This document shows positions 39,157-49,938 of a stretch of DNA of 64,000 nt, piece after piece; the first letter of the stretch is position 1; each line of letters begins with the position of its first letter. Under the pieces are notes generated by a model. It was given only the letters and a program-made list of their open reading frames with translations, made no database searches and had not been told where the DNA came from. The translations under genes were made by a program, and so were the position numbers. The DNA comes from Candidatus Moraniibacteriota bacterium (GTDB taxonomy: Bacteria > Patescibacteriota > Minisyncoccia > Moranbacterales > UBA1568), in assembly GCA_016699875.1 (NCBI GenBank), contig CP064989.1, positions 85,380 through 149,379 of the forward strand, given 5' to 3'.

Positions 39157-40821
39157 TCACACCACCGGGCGAGCGGATTCTTCTTCGGCTTCTTTGAGAA
39201 GTTGGGGTTGTCTCAAGAAGCGAGAGACAATGAAGCAGCGAACGCTTTCGAGTTCCTCTATTTTGAGAAGCCAAGAAGCCGCGATAAATGCGGCAATACC
39301 AAGCGCTCCGGACAATACCAACTCCGAGAAAACATCGAAAAACGTATCTAACTCGACGTTTCCAAGTCCGAAAAAAAACTTGCCCGCCTGCACGGCAAGC
39401 AAGGCGGCAAGAGATGCGATCGTCACCTTACTAAAAGACATGAGAAACGATCGATCATCCCATCCCTCGACTCGCCTCCGAAGAAACACGTAGAGAAGAA
39501 ACGCATTCGCCACACTTGCAATAGAAAAGGACAGAGCGAGCGAGAGTGCGCCCCACTCCCCAACAAAGACAGCCAGAATGGCAATATGAATCGCCTCAGA
39601 GAAAGCGGCAAGGAGAAGCGGCGTCTTGGTATCTTGCAAAGAGAAAAATGCTCGAGCAAAGAGCGGGATAAGACTCTGCGCAAAGAGACTAATCGACAAG
39701 ACGCCGAGTATTTCAAATGTCATACGCGTATCCTCCCAGTCGAAGTGTCCCGTTCCCAGTATGACGCGCACGATCTGCGCGCGAAGCGCAATCATCATAA
39801 AACTCACCGGGATCACAAAGAACAATACTTTTCTCGATGTTTTCAAAAGCATATCGGAGAATCGACGGCGTTCATCCTTAGCGGCGAATCCGGAAAGCGT
39901 TGGAAACGCCGCGAGAGAGAACGCCACACCAAAAAGTCCCAAAGGAACGCTTTGAATATTATTGGCAAGCGTAAAAGCGGCGAGCGTCCCGGAAGCAAGT
40001 GCGGACGCAAAAAATGTCACAACAAGAAAACTCACCTGTCCCACTGCAATCCCCAACGAACGCGGCACCATCAGTCGTACCACCCGCCAAACTTCTCGGC
40101 TCACCGCCGAAGCGGCATGAAACGAAAATTGAAATCCCGCTTTTCGTACGCTTGGGTACTGCACCAACGCATGGAATATCGTTCCCAGGACGACGCCCAT
40201 GGCAAGACCGATCGGACCGAAAAACCGCGCAAAAATAACCGCACCGAGAATGATGCCGACATTGTAGAAAACCGGCGCCAAAGAAAAAACAATGAAATTT
40301 CGAAAAGAGACCAGCACGCTCCCAAAAACAGCGCTTACTCCAAGAAATATCGGCCCGATCAGCATCACGCGAGTGAGATTCGTAGCAAGAAGCTGTTTCT
40401 CCGGTGAAAAACCCGGAACAATCGCCCGCATTATCGGCCCCGCAAAAATAGCCGAGAGCACAGACACTGCGCCAAGCAAAATAATGAGCAACAAAAATAC
40501 TCCGCCAGCAAGATCCCACGCGGATTGCTCGCTCTTCTTCTCGCGCAGCTCGGTAAAGACCGGCACAAATGCCGCCGAGAGCGCTCCGGCAACAAGCAGT
40601 CCGTAGAGAAAATCCGGGATACGAAACGCGGCGTAATACGCATCAAGCACATCACCCGCACCGAATGTTCCCGCAAGAATTCGATCCCGGACAAAGCCAA
40701 GCAATCGACTTGCTATACCAAAGACAGCAATCACCAATGCCGCGCCACTCACCGTCCTGTTTGCTCTCCCATGAAACAAAGAAACAAGCAGCCTCCGTAC
40801 CCGAAATAAAATCCCCCTCAT
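39157..40821 (-). CDS. murJ: Lipid II flippase MurJ (MviN)
   Basis: About 14 TM helices. N-terminal LGFVRDRILAGTFGAGDVLDAYYAAFRIPDFL MurJ signature. Confidence 0.85.
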   Translation of the reverse strand: MRGILFRVRRLLVSLFHGRANRTVSGAALVIAVFGIASRLLGFVRDRILAGTFGAGDVLDAYYAAFRIPDFLYGLLVAGALSAAFVPVFTELREKKSEQSAWDLAGGVFLLLIILLGAVSVLSAIFAGPIMRAIVPGFSPEKQLLATNLTRVMLIGPIFLGVSAVFGSVLVSFRNFIVFSLAPVFYNVGIILGAVIFARFFGPIGLAMGVVLGTIFHALVQYPSVRKAGFQFSFHAASAVSREVWRVVRLMVPRSLGIAVGQVSFLVVTFFASALASGTLAAFTLANNIQSVPLGLFGVAFSLAAFPTLSGFAAKDERRRFSDMLLKTSRKVLFFVIPVSFMMIALRAQIVRVILGTGHFDWEDTRMTFEILGVLSISLFAQSLIPLFARAFFSLQDTKTPLLLAAFSEAIHIAILAVFVGEWGALSLALSFSIASVANAFLLYVFLRRRVEGWDDRSFLMSFSKVTIASLAALLAVQAGKFFFGLGNVELDTFFDVFSELVLSGALGIAAFIAASWLLKIEELESVRCFIVSRFLRQPQLLKEAEEESARPVV

Positions 40822-40833
40822 ACGCGAAAAGTA

Positions 40834-43215
40834 TTACCGATCCTTCTCCGAAAAGAGAATGCCAGCAAACCGATCATATTGCAAATCAGACTGCCAACGA
40901 ACGCCATGCTCGAACGGTACCAGATTTCCCTCCGATTGCCAAACATTTTCAAATCGTTCCGGAAAGAGTATTTCGGAATCGAGAGAGCTCCCTCGCGAAC
41001 CGGATTGTTTCTGGAATACGATTGAATACGAATCAAGCGAATTGTCCGATCGATGCGGATCAACACGAAATGGAAGAAGATACGCGTACGTCACCTCGAC
41101 GCTTTCGCCCGGACTCACATAAACCCAATTTCCAAACACCGTTTTCCCGGCATCTTCAGAAATACGGGTACCGGATACGGGATCGATTCGCATTCCCATT
41201 CGCTCGCGCTCAACGTCCTGATCACGTGCAAAATGAAGTCTATCATAATCAAGTGGCGGTTCTACGGTCTCGCGAGTATACCCATCAGCGGAAACAAGCG
41301 TCGACCCGAGCGGCACATAGACTCGCATATAATCGGCATTCACCCGATCCCACCACTCCCGATCGGTATGTCCGCCCATATGCGTCCGCTTCACCGTCAC
41401 CGTGTCAAGTACGCTTCCGTCATCGCGGATATCCGCTCGATGCGAAATCAATTCATCTATCACGCCGTCTGTTTTGTACCCGTTTATATTGGAATGAATC
41501 ACACTCAAATAGTCCCGATCCGAAGAAAGCACTTCGCCAGACCACCCAACATTTCTGACAAGCCGTTCCATGTCGCTATTGCGAAAATAGAACAGCATAT
41601 GTTTTTCCGAAAGTCCCTCCTCTACAGCCGACAAGGCTTTTCCGAACGCTCCCGGAACAGCCTGCTCTCCAAAGATTCGATCGAGCAATATCGGTGCTAA
41701 ATCCGAGAGGATCTGCTTTGGTTTATTTTCCTCTTTATCATACGCAACCTCAACCTGATACTGGATAGTCTCCAGGAAATTATCCGCATCAACAGTCACG
41801 CCATACGCATCCATGCGAATCGGTCCGGTAATAGCGAGAAACTTTCGAAGAATCTCCGGCGTAAACGCAATAACGCCATCAACTGTCGGACCGCCCGTCT
41901 TTTCATAAAATGAAATTGCTTTCTCCGCAGAAACCGGAAAATCAGGAAACCAATTGCTGTCATGCAGACTCCAGCCAGCGCTGATTTTCTGTATCGGTTC
42001 CGGTGGAACAATGTCCGTATGCAGCTGACCATCCGGGTTGAATATGCCATCAACAAAAAATTTTCGAACCTGCCCGTCATTCACATCAAGAAACGCATAG
42101 CTCCCAATAAACCCGCCAGTTGCTCGCATTTCTTGATTGTTTTCAAAAAGAAATAAAAACTTCCGCGGTCCATTTCCACCAAGAACATCCGCCAAGATAT
42201 CACCATGATCAAGAAAGAGCCGCATGCCGGAGAGCGCTTCCGGCAACTTTGTCTTCAGTGATAAGAATTGTTCCCGCTTGTCTTCCGGAAGATCTGCCAC
42301 AGAAACTTTGCCGAGACTTTCCAGCGCGCTCGAAAGAAGCGTGTCCGCACGTTCAATTGCCCCGCGCGTTTCTCGAAACACTGAAAGAAATGAAACATTT
42401 CGATCGCCGGATAGGGGATTTCCGAGCGAAAAAATCGAACCGCCGACCGTCGACATCGCCTCGCCCGCTGCCGAAATATCTCGAGCCGCATCCACGAGGT
42501 ACTTTCCCGACGATAGCTTGGAAACAAGCGGAAGAAACCGCGCCGCCTCGATAACAGTGCCGTTCCACGACGCGAACAGGTCGGACGCGGTCGAGAAAGA
42601 GACGAATGCTTCCTGAAACAATTGACCCGATTTCGAAAAGTCCTTCGACTTCGCCGTCTCAACCGCTTGTGAAAGCTCTTCGTAACCATCGGTACTCACA
42701 CCCAGCACTTCTCCCTTCATCTTCATCCCTCGCGCAAAGAGTCCGACTCCAAGCCACGCACCTCCTGCAAGCAGGAGAAGTAAAACGAGAATGGTAAGAA
42801 ATCGACCGCGGTCGGCAACAACTCCGAATATCTTCGAAAAAGAAGAGAGCGACGAAGCAAAAGAGAACCACCAAGAAGATAGCTTCTCCCGAGATGATCT
42901 CATTGACCGATTGCTGGAAGAGGCCGATTGACCCCGTGAAGAAACAGCATGTTGCACTCTCTCAAGCGAATGCTCCCCCTTCCCGTCCATTTCCTCGCTT
43001 GGTTTACCAGAAACTGATACCGGAGCCACATGTAACAGATGAGGCTGACTTCGCCCAGAAAAGCGACGATTCCGAAGAGTAGAGGGTGGATATTCCCTTG
43101 GCCTTGATATACCACCAGCCTTATTCGGCAGAGCTGAAAGAGAGGCACCCATTGCAGGCGCCCTCCGCTTCACCGCCCGAATATCCGACATGCGTTGAGC
43201 AACAGGCGTCCTCAT
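40834..43215 (-). CDS. Large hypothetical membrane-anchored extracytoplasmic protein (DUF4012-like?)
   Basis: Single TM (FLTILVLLLLLAGGAWLGVGLF) followed by a ~650-aa domain. The track ORF extends to 43398 but would overlap the GT4 gene upstream. True start probably at 43152-43215. Confidence 0.5.
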   Translation of the reverse strand: MRTPVAQRMSDIRAVKRRAPAMGASLSALPNKAGGISRPREYPPSTLRNRRFSGRSQPHLLHVAPVSVSGKPSEEMDGKGEHSLERVQHAVSSRGQSASSSNRSMRSSREKLSSWWFSFASSLSSFSKIFGVVADRGRFLTILVLLLLLAGGAWLGVGLFARGMKMKGEVLGVSTDGYEELSQAVETAKSKDFSKSGQLFQEAFVSFSTASDLFASWNGTVIEAARFLPLVSKLSSGKYLVDAARDISAAGEAMSTVGGSIFSLGNPLSGDRNVSFLSVFRETRGAIERADTLLSSALESLGKVSVADLPEDKREQFLSLKTKLPEALSGMRLFLDHGDILADVLGGNGPRKFLFLFENNQEMRATGGFIGSYAFLDVNDGQVRKFFVDGIFNPDGQLHTDIVPPEPIQKISAGWSLHDSNWFPDFPVSAEKAISFYEKTGGPTVDGVIAFTPEILRKFLAITGPIRMDAYGVTVDADNFLETIQYQVEVAYDKEENKPKQILSDLAPILLDRIFGEQAVPGAFGKALSAVEEGLSEKHMLFYFRNSDMERLVRNVGWSGEVLSSDRDYLSVIHSNINGYKTDGVIDELISHRADIRDDGSVLDTVTVKRTHMGGHTDREWWDRVNADYMRVYVPLGSTLVSADGYTRETVEPPLDYDRLHFARDQDVERERMGMRIDPVSGTRISEDAGKTVFGNWVYVSPGESVEVTYAYLLPFRVDPHRSDNSLDSYSIVFQKQSGSRGSSLDSEILFPERFENVWQSEGNLVPFEHGVRWQSDLQYDRFAGILFSEKDR

Positions 43216-43276
43216 GATTGTGAGATAAGGAAGATCCTGAAAACCAAATACAAAGTAAGAAACAGCCTTTCTTGTG

Positions 43277-44458
43277 TTACCGTTTTTCTGAACACGATCG
43301 ATATACTGCAAGTGTCTCACGAGCCATCCGTGCCCAAGAGAAGTCACTAGTCCGAGCAAACCCCCGATTGCGAAGCAGCGCTCGAAGTGCCGCATCATTC
43401 CAGACAGATATCAGTGCTGACCGCAGAGATAGTATATCGTACGGATCAAAGAAAAGCGCCGCATCACCAAGTATTTCCGGAAACACCGTCGCACGAGCCG
43501 CAAGAACCGGCGATCCCTTTGCCATCGCCTCAAGCGGAGGCAGTCCAAAACCTTCACACAGCGAGGGAAATACCGAAACGCGCGCATATCGGTATAAAAG
43601 ATCAAGGTGCGTATCGGAAACCACTCCTGCAAAAATCACTCTATCCATACCCCGGCGCTTCGCGTATGCCCTAAGTCGGCGATAGAAGTAATCCTTTCCA
43701 CCCACCAAAATAAGACGTGCTGACTTATCCGGAAACGAGTCGAATGCAGACAGTAACACCTCGAGATTCTTGTGAGGATACGCATTGCCAACATACAGCG
43801 CATACGGCTTCAGTGTAGCATAGAATGAACCGCTCTTCACTGCCCTGGAATCCTCTTCGGATAAAATACCGATTGAGATAAAAAATTGCATCGCCGCTTC
43901 ATGTCGCAATATCCGACATGTGGGACTTGCTGCTTCGTAGGTAACCACTATTCTGCGAAAAGAAACACGATATCGCTCAAGGATATCCCGCTTGGTGTAT
44001 TCCGAAATAGTGATAATAGTACGAGAACGAAACAGCGCATTTCGAATAACCAGTCGATACGCCAAGAATTTCAGACGATATAGAAGCGGACTCAGAGTTG
44101 TCGCCCGCAACGTTGGAAAGCGCAAAAGGATCAGGTCATGTACCGTGACAACAAAGGGTTTCCAGTAGAGAATGGGCACATTGAAATGCGGAAAATGCAT
44201 CAAATCAAGCCGCTCGCGAAAGAGCACAAACGGAAAGAATATCTGCTCAGCGAAAGAGTACCACTGAAAATCCGCAAGCACCTTCCGAAAACGCCGATTC
44301 ACAGGAACGTAGTGATCGAAATTTTCCCGGCGCAAAAAAATAATGTAGTCATTCTCCGTATCGATCGCTTCAAGCGATCGGATAAGCTCTTCCGTATATC
44401 GTCCAAGACCGCCCCTGCCAGCCGGACCGTAGAATCGAGCGTCGATGCCGATTTTCAT
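43277..44458 (-). CDS. Glycosyltransferase family 4
   Basis: MKIGIDARFYGPAGRGGLGRYTEEL N-terminus. EGFGLPPLEAMAKGSPV motif. Confidence 0.7.
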   Translation of the reverse strand: MKIGIDARFYGPAGRGGLGRYTEELIRSLEAIDTENDYIIFLRRENFDHYVPVNRRFRKVLADFQWYSFAEQIFFPFVLFRERLDLMHFPHFNVPILYWKPFVVTVHDLILLRFPTLRATTLSPLLYRLKFLAYRLVIRNALFRSRTIITISEYTKRDILERYRVSFRRIVVTYEAASPTCRILRHEAAMQFFISIGILSEEDSRAVKSGSFYATLKPYALYVGNAYPHKNLEVLLSAFDSFPDKSARLILVGGKDYFYRRLRAYAKRRGMDRVIFAGVVSDTHLDLLYRYARVSVFPSLCEGFGLPPLEAMAKGSPVLAARATVFPEILGDAALFFDPYDILSLRSALISVWNDAALRALLRNRGFARTSDFSWARMARETLAVYRSCSEKR

Positions 44459-45180
44459 GATTTCGAAATAACAGACTCTGCCGCCTCCCTCTTCTCTGTT
44501 TTCTTCGCAGCCAGTTGCTCCTGTTCGGCGGAAAACAAGAAAAGTGCCTGAGCAGCAAGCGCCTTAAAAATTTCCGGATCTTCTACAGTACCCGTCTTCT
44601 TGCGGAGCACAATAAAAGCAAGACAACCTCTTACTCGTCGGGGAGATCGAATAATACAGTAGTCCCCTTCTCGTATCACCGTTTCCGTACGCTTAGCCAG
44701 ATCCTGATATTTCAAAACCGGACAACGCTTTCCGCGCACATCGAATTTCTTCTCAATGACGCCCGAACGGACATCGACAATACACAGAAAGAAAACGTCG
44801 GTTTTTCCGAGAAGCGCAAGCGCTTCCATAATAGATTCATACACTTCCTTGAGACGCTCCGGCGTAATCGATGCCGTTTCAGGAAGACCCAACGCGATAT
44901 TCTTCACAATCTCCATTTTTCGGTTGATTTCCGCAATATACGAATAGGAATCGGCGAGATCGCGAGAAACGCGAGAAGTTTCTTTTTGAAGCTTGAGTTT
45001 TTCTCGCATCTGAAACCTCAACTGATTCTCCTTCCAGAGATAAATTAGAAGACCGATCGCTCCAACAAAAAAGATAAGGAGAGATTCCTGGTCATCTTCA
45101 ATGAGGAACAGCCGATCACCGTTGATAATCTTCGGAATAAGAACGATGAGGACAAACAATGAGAGGTATATCCAATACAT
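44455..45180 (-). CDS. Hypothetical membrane protein (2 N-terminal TM + cytoplasmic domain)
   Basis: 241 aa. 4-bp overlap with the GT4 gene. No family recognised. Confidence 0.4.
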   Translation of the reverse strand: MYWIYLSLFVLIVLIPKIINGDRLFLIEDDQESLLIFFVGAIGLLIYLWKENQLRFQMREKLKLQKETSRVSRDLADSYSYIAEINRKMEIVKNIALGLPETASITPERLKEVYESIMEALALLGKTDVFFLCIVDVRSGVIEKKFDVRGKRCPVLKYQDLAKRTETVIREGDYCIIRSPRRVRGCLAFIVLRKKTGTVEDPEIFKALAAQALFLFSAEQEQLAAKKTEKREAAESVISKS

Positions 45181-45252
45181 ACTTCAGTACAGCACGCTGC
45201 AATATTGAAAATGATACGCATTCACACCGACACTTCCGCTCCGCAACACATG

Positions 45253-46137
45253 CTAGAAATTCCGAGTGAGCTGTTTGAGATGATCGCGAAGCTTCGGTCC
45301 TACTTCTGGGTGCTGAAGACCGAAATGTAGCGTCGTTTTGAGGAAATTAAACTTATCGCCGGTATCATACCACTCTCCATCGAGGATCCTTCCGTGAATC
45401 GACTTTCCCTCACGCAACATAATATTAAAAGCATCAACAAGTCGTATCTCGCCCGACTCTCCCTCTGTCATAGTGGAAAGCGTCTGAAACACATCGTGCG
45501 TGAGAATATATTTTCCCGGTGCCACAATAGTACTTGGCGCCGCCTCAATCGATGGTTTTTCCACGATCTCTCGAATGCGGATATCGCGATCATTCATATG
45601 ATCGCCAGCTACCACGCCAAATTTTGACACTTCCTCTCTCGGAATATCGGCAAGTCCAATGATCGGCGTCTTATATTCGGCATATGCCTCAATAAGTTGG
45701 CGCGATGCCGGAATCGAACTATCGTAAATACAATCACCGAAAATCACCAGGACACTCTCGTCGTCATCAACCAAATGTGCCGCCTGGAAAAGCGCATGAC
45801 CATCCCCCAAAGGAATCGGCTGCCGCACATAAGAAAACTTAGCCAAACCGGAAATCTTCCGGACCGCCTCCAATAAGTCAAGCTTGTTCTTTTCAACAAG
45901 CGTATCTTCAAGCTCATAGGAGACATCGAAATGATCTTCAATCGCGCGTTTCCCGCGACCTGTCACGAAGATAATCTCTTCGATACCAGATGCAACCGCC
46001 TCTTCAACCAGGTACTGCACCACTGGTTTGTCAACTACCGGAAGCATCTCTTTCGGCTGCGCTTTCGTTGCCGGCAAAAATCTTGTCCCAAATCCCGCTA
46101 CCGGAAGAATCGCCTTCTTAATGTTTGCATGTTCCAT
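45253..46137 (-). CDS. galU: UTP--glucose-1-phosphate uridylyltransferase
   Basis: KAILPVAGFGTRFLPATKAQPKEMLPVVDKP signature. Confidence 0.85.
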   Translation of the reverse strand: MEHANIKKAILPVAGFGTRFLPATKAQPKEMLPVVDKPVVQYLVEEAVASGIEEIIFVTGRGKRAIEDHFDVSYELEDTLVEKNKLDLLEAVRKISGLAKFSYVRQPIPLGDGHALFQAAHLVDDDESVLVIFGDCIYDSSIPASRQLIEAYAEYKTPIIGLADIPREEVSKFGVVAGDHMNDRDIRIREIVEKPSIEAAPSTIVAPGKYILTHDVFQTLSTMTEGESGEIRLVDAFNIMLREGKSIHGRILDGEWYDTGDKFNFLKTTLHFGLQHPEVGPKLRDHLKQLTRNF

Positions 46138-46207
46138 ATCGATACTCCTAAAAATTCAGTTCAGCGGAAAATTCAAAATTATCTTCCTGGTTTATTCAAA
46201 GACTCTT

Positions 46208-47452
46208 TTACCGATAAAGCGGAAATTTCTTACACAAGATACACACCTCTTTTCGAAGTTCCCGAAGGATAACCCGATCACCTCCCGACCGAAGCGCTCG
46301 ATCCATCCACTCGGCGATTTTCTTCACCTCTCGCTCTTTCATGCCTCGAGTTGTTATTGCCGGGACTCCGATTCGTATCCCCGAAGGATCCATCGGGCTT
46401 CTCGGCTCATCCGGTATCACATTTTTGTTGATAGTAATGCCAATAGCATCAAGCAGCGCTTCGGCATCTCGACCGCTCACACCAAGTGTTCCCCACACAT
46501 CGAGCAGAAGCATATGATTTTCCGTTCCGCCAAAAAGAATAGTATACCCTCGACGTTCGAATTCAAGCGAAAGTACTTTCGCATTCCTCAGCACGTGCGC
46601 CGCATATTTTCTGAAACCTGCTTTCGACGCTTCTTGGAAAGCAACCGCTTTCGCAGCAATGATATTCATATGCGGCCCCCCCTGGACACCCGGAAACACC
46701 GCTTTGTCTATAGCTTTGGCAAATTTCTCTCGGCAGAGAATCATACCGCCCCGGGGACCGCGGAGTGTTTTATGTGTCGTTGTTGTCACAATATCAAAAT
46801 GTTCGACCGGATTCGGCACGACACCTCCTGCAACCAAGCCGGCAATATGCGCCATGTCCATCATAGTGATAGCTCCCACTTTTTTCCCAACCGCCACGAA
46901 CTTCTCATAGTCAATCTGGCGAGTATACGAAGAAAACCCCGCGAGTAGCAACTTCGGCTTTTCGACCTTGGCGAGCGCCTCAAGTTTCCGATAATCAATA
47001 CTTCCATCTGGTTCCGTCTTGTAACGTACAAATCGGAAAATCTTGGAGGTGAATGTCACCGGATGCCCATGCGTCAAATGCCCGCCATGAGAGAGGTCCA
47101 TACCAAGCACCGTATCACCCGGTTGCAATGTAGCGGCATACGCAGACATGTTTGCCGAGGCACCTGAAAGCGGTTGGACATTTGCGTGCTCTGCGCCGAA
47201 AAGTTTCTTCGCTCGATCAATCGCCAGCATCTCAATACTATCGGTAAACTCCTGTCCGCCATAATACCGGCGCCCCGGATATCCTTCGGAGTATTTGTTT
47301 GTAAACACCGTCCCCAAGGTCTCGATCACCGCTCGCGATGCATAATTCTCCGATGCGATCATTTCCAATCCCTCCTCCTGCCGCTTCATTTCCCCCACTA
47401 TTGCCGACATCACTTTTTCATCCGTTTTCTTGAGTTCCGTATATCGAAACAT
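46208..47452 (-). CDS. glyA: Serine hydroxymethyltransferase
   Basis: LEMIASENYASRAV...TTTTHKTLRGPRGG PLP-lysine motif. Confidence 0.9.
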   Translation of the reverse strand: MFRYTELKKTDEKVMSAIVGEMKRQEEGLEMIASENYASRAVIETLGTVFTNKYSEGYPGRRYYGGQEFTDSIEMLAIDRAKKLFGAEHANVQPLSGASANMSAYAATLQPGDTVLGMDLSHGGHLTHGHPVTFTSKIFRFVRYKTEPDGSIDYRKLEALAKVEKPKLLLAGFSSYTRQIDYEKFVAVGKKVGAITMMDMAHIAGLVAGGVVPNPVEHFDIVTTTTHKTLRGPRGGMILCREKFAKAIDKAVFPGVQGGPHMNIIAAKAVAFQEASKAGFRKYAAHVLRNAKVLSLEFERRGYTILFGGTENHMLLLDVWGTLGVSGRDAEALLDAIGITINKNVIPDEPRSPMDPSGIRIGVPAITTRGMKEREVKKIAEWMDRALRSGGDRVILRELRKEVCILCKKFPLYR

Positions 47453-47513
47453 ACCGTTATGCCGTATAACAGATAAGAAAAACCTCCGTCCCAGCAGTAT
47501 ACCAAACTGAACC

Positions 47514-47546
47514 AGAAAACAAAAGAAGCCCCCTGAAGGGACTTCT
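47514..47546 (-). terminator. Putative rho-independent terminator downstream of rpsI
   Basis: On the minus strand: GAAGTCCCTTCAGGGGGCTTC hairpin followed by TTTTGTTTTCT. Confidence 0.45.
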
Positions 47547-47572
47547 CTGGAAAATCTAATGCCAAAGAATAT

Positions 47573-48076
47573 CTATCGTTTGCTCCACTGCGGGGCACGA
47601 CGAGCCTTATTGAGACCAGGCTTCTTGCGCTCCACTTTGCGGGCATCCCGAGTCAAAAAGCTCCCCGCCTTGAGAAGTGGCCTGTGATCCACATTTGCCA
47701 CAACCAGAGCACGAGCAAGGCCGAGTCCGGATGCGCTCGCTTGCCCGGAAAGACCACCACCACGCACATGAACAGAGATGCGAAACTTATTCTCCAATCC
47801 CACAGCACGAATCGGATCGAGAAGAAGACTCTGAAGACGAGCTGTTGGGAAGTACACTTTCACAGATTTCCCATTTACTGAGACATCACTCTCACTATCA
47901 GAAGCATCTTCAAAAATACGAACCGTAGCAACCGCCGTCTTTCGCCGTCCGACACCTGAAAAATATTTGTCTGTCGACACTGCAATGACAGGATCTGAAA
48001 CCGAACTCTTCTCATGAAGAGCAAGGTTCTTTGACTCGCGGGCGGTCTTCTTTACAGAATCTTTCTTAGTTACCAT
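47573..48076 (-). CDS. rpsI: 30S ribosomal protein S9 (with ~40-aa Lys-rich N-terminal extension)
   Basis: GVGRRKTAVATV...C-terminal KARRAPQWSKR. Confidence 0.85.
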   Translation of the reverse strand: MVTKKDSVKKTARESKNLALHEKSSVSDPVIAVSTDKYFSGVGRRKTAVATVRIFEDASDSESDVSVNGKSVKVYFPTARLQSLLLDPIRAVGLENKFRISVHVRGGGLSGQASASGLGLARALVVANVDHRPLLKAGSFLTRDARKVERKKPGLNKARRAPQWSKR

Positions 48077-48109
48077 AGGAGATAGGAGAACAGAAAAATT
48101 TAGAGGGTA

Positions 48110-48514
48110 TTAGAGAGCAAGCGTCTCATCAATAGCATGCTTTTGATCCGAGTTACGATAGAGGAGTAATCGCGTCATCATGCGATCCCGCAACTTATTC
48201 TTCGGAAGCATGCCATACACCGCCATCTCAAGCACTTTCCTCGAATCTTTCTTCATCTGATCCTTGAGTCGAGTAGATGTAATCCCTCCGGGATAGCCAC
48301 TAAAGCGATGATACACTTTATCTTCGAGCTTCTTACCAGTTACCACTATGCCGTCAGTGTTCACTACCACCACAAAGTCACCGCCGTCGATATGCGGCGC
48401 AAAATCCACTTTTCCTTTCCCAGAGACAGTCTTCGCAACCTGTGTCGCCAAACGACCAAGAACCTGCCCTTGCGCATCAATGAGAAAGTGTTTCCGTTGA
48501 GACTGCTCTTTCAT
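48110..48514 (-). CDS. rplM: 50S ribosomal protein L13
   Basis: HFLIDAQGQVLGRLATQVA...FAPHIDGGDFVVVVN. Start at internal MKEQSQ to avoid overlap with rplQ. Confidence 0.85.
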   Translation of the reverse strand: MKEQSQRKHFLIDAQGQVLGRLATQVAKTVSGKGKVDFAPHIDGGDFVVVVNTDGIVVTGKKLEDKVYHRFSGYPGGITSTRLKDQMKKDSRKVLEMAVYGMLPKNKLRDRMMTRLLLYRNSDQKHAIDETLAL

Positions 48515-48518
48515 ACAA

Positions 48519-48890
48519 TTAGTCGACAAATTCAAGGATAGCAACCTTTGCTCCATCAGTCTTTCGGGGAGCCAATTTTACAACACGAGTGAACCCGCTG
48601 GTACGCTTTCCGAATTTCTTCAAGAAATCAGCGTCACACAGACGATCCAGCGTAATACCGGAAACCCGTTGTTTCAAGAGGCGAACTGTTGCCACGCGCC
48701 GATCAGGAACAGCGATACCCTCTTTGGCAAGATTCACCAATCGATCAATCCGGGATTTCATCTCTTTCGCACGCGCTTCCGTTGTGCAAATACGTCCATG
48801 AAGCACCAAGCCTTCAGCGAGACTCTTTACCAGTGCCCGCCTCTGATTTCGATTCCGTTCAAGTTTTCGCCCAGATTTCTGATGATTCAT
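48519..48890 (-). CDS. rplQ: 50S ribosomal protein L17
   Basis: MNHQKSGRKLERNRNQRRALVKSLAEGLVLHGRICTTEARAKE. Confidence 0.85.
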   Translation of the reverse strand: MNHQKSGRKLERNRNQRRALVKSLAEGLVLHGRICTTEARAKEMKSRIDRLVNLAKEGIAVPDRRVATVRLLKQRVSGITLDRLCDADFLKKFGKRTSGFTRVVKLAPRKTDGAKVAILEFVD

Positions 48891-48914
48891 AGTCGTCTCG
48901 TTCCTCGCGGAAAA

Positions 48915-49823
48915 TTATGCCGATACTATAAAGGAAAGCCCTGCCGCTTGCAAAGCTTCCTTGACCTCTTCAAAACCTTTCTCGCCCATACCGGAAAAGT
49001 CACGGACTTCTGACTCGGAGAGTGCCGCTATGTCAGAGAGTGTCCGCACATCGTATGCCTCCAAGACCTTCCGTGTACGAGACGAGAACATGCCAAGCTC
49101 CGCATCACCCTCTTTCTCGCGATCCTTTTGCAACACTTCCGCACTCCGCAGGGCAGAAAACTGACCGATCAAGATAGCCACCGCTCGCTGGAAGGCTTCC
49201 TCGGGAGTAATGCTCCCATCAGTCAAAACTTCAAGCGTAATACGATCAAAATCGGTCCGCTTTCCGACACGCATGTTCTCCACAGTGTAATTGACACGCT
49301 CAATTGGCGTATAAATAGCATCAATAGCAATAACTCCAATCTCCTTCTCATGTCGGACCTGGTGTTCGACAGCAACATATCCAAGACCACGTTCTACGGT
49401 AAGTTCAAGTTCGAGTTCCGCCTTTTTGTCGGTCAAAGTAGCAATCAGTTGACCACCATTCACCACTTCCAAAGAAGAAGGGGCATGAATTTTCTCGGCA
49501 CACACTGCACCTTCGCCTTTTGCCTTCAAAGTCACTTTCACCAGCTCGTCATCGCCATGGATACGGAAACGTACTTTCTTCAGATTCAAAATAATCTTCA
49601 CCACATCCTCGAGCACTCCCGGGAGCGTCGAGAATTCATGAGAAACATTCATAATCTTCACCGACGTAATTGCGGCTCCCTCAAGAGACGACAACAATAC
49701 CCGGCGAAGTGCATTTCCCAGAGTAGCGCCATATCCGGGATAGCATCCGTCGATCTCAAATTTTCCAAAATGTTCGCCGATCGCCGTATATTTCGGCTCT
49801 TGCGGAAGAGATATAGTCTGCAT
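48915..49823 (-). CDS. rpoA: DNA-directed RNA polymerase subunit alpha
   Basis: GYGATLGNALRRVLLSSLEGAAITSVKI N-terminal-domain motif. Position between rpsD and rplQ. Confidence 0.9.
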   Translation of the reverse strand: MQTISLPQEPKYTAIGEHFGKFEIDGCYPGYGATLGNALRRVLLSSLEGAAITSVKIMNVSHEFSTLPGVLEDVVKIILNLKKVRFRIHGDDELVKVTLKAKGEGAVCAEKIHAPSSLEVVNGGQLIATLTDKKAELELELTVERGLGYVAVEHQVRHEKEIGVIAIDAIYTPIERVNYTVENMRVGKRTDFDRITLEVLTDGSITPEEAFQRAVAILIGQFSALRSAEVLQKDREKEGDAELGMFSSRTRKVLEAYDVRTLSDIAALSESEVRDFSGMGEKGFEEVKEALQAAGLSFIVSA

Positions 49824-49938
49824 ACCGTTTTCCGTTCCTCCCAAGACACACCTCTTCTTCAGAAAACTCCAGGGAAACCAAGAGAACTGGAAGAGATGCG
49901 CGAGAAAGCGGTTAAGAGTAAATCAACGAAACAAAAAC

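Noticed and set aside
39586-41558. Several +strand ORFs (273 aa at 39586..40407 and 329 aa at 40569..41558)
   Set aside because: Antisense to murJ and the large membrane-protein gene. Highly basic low-complexity translations.
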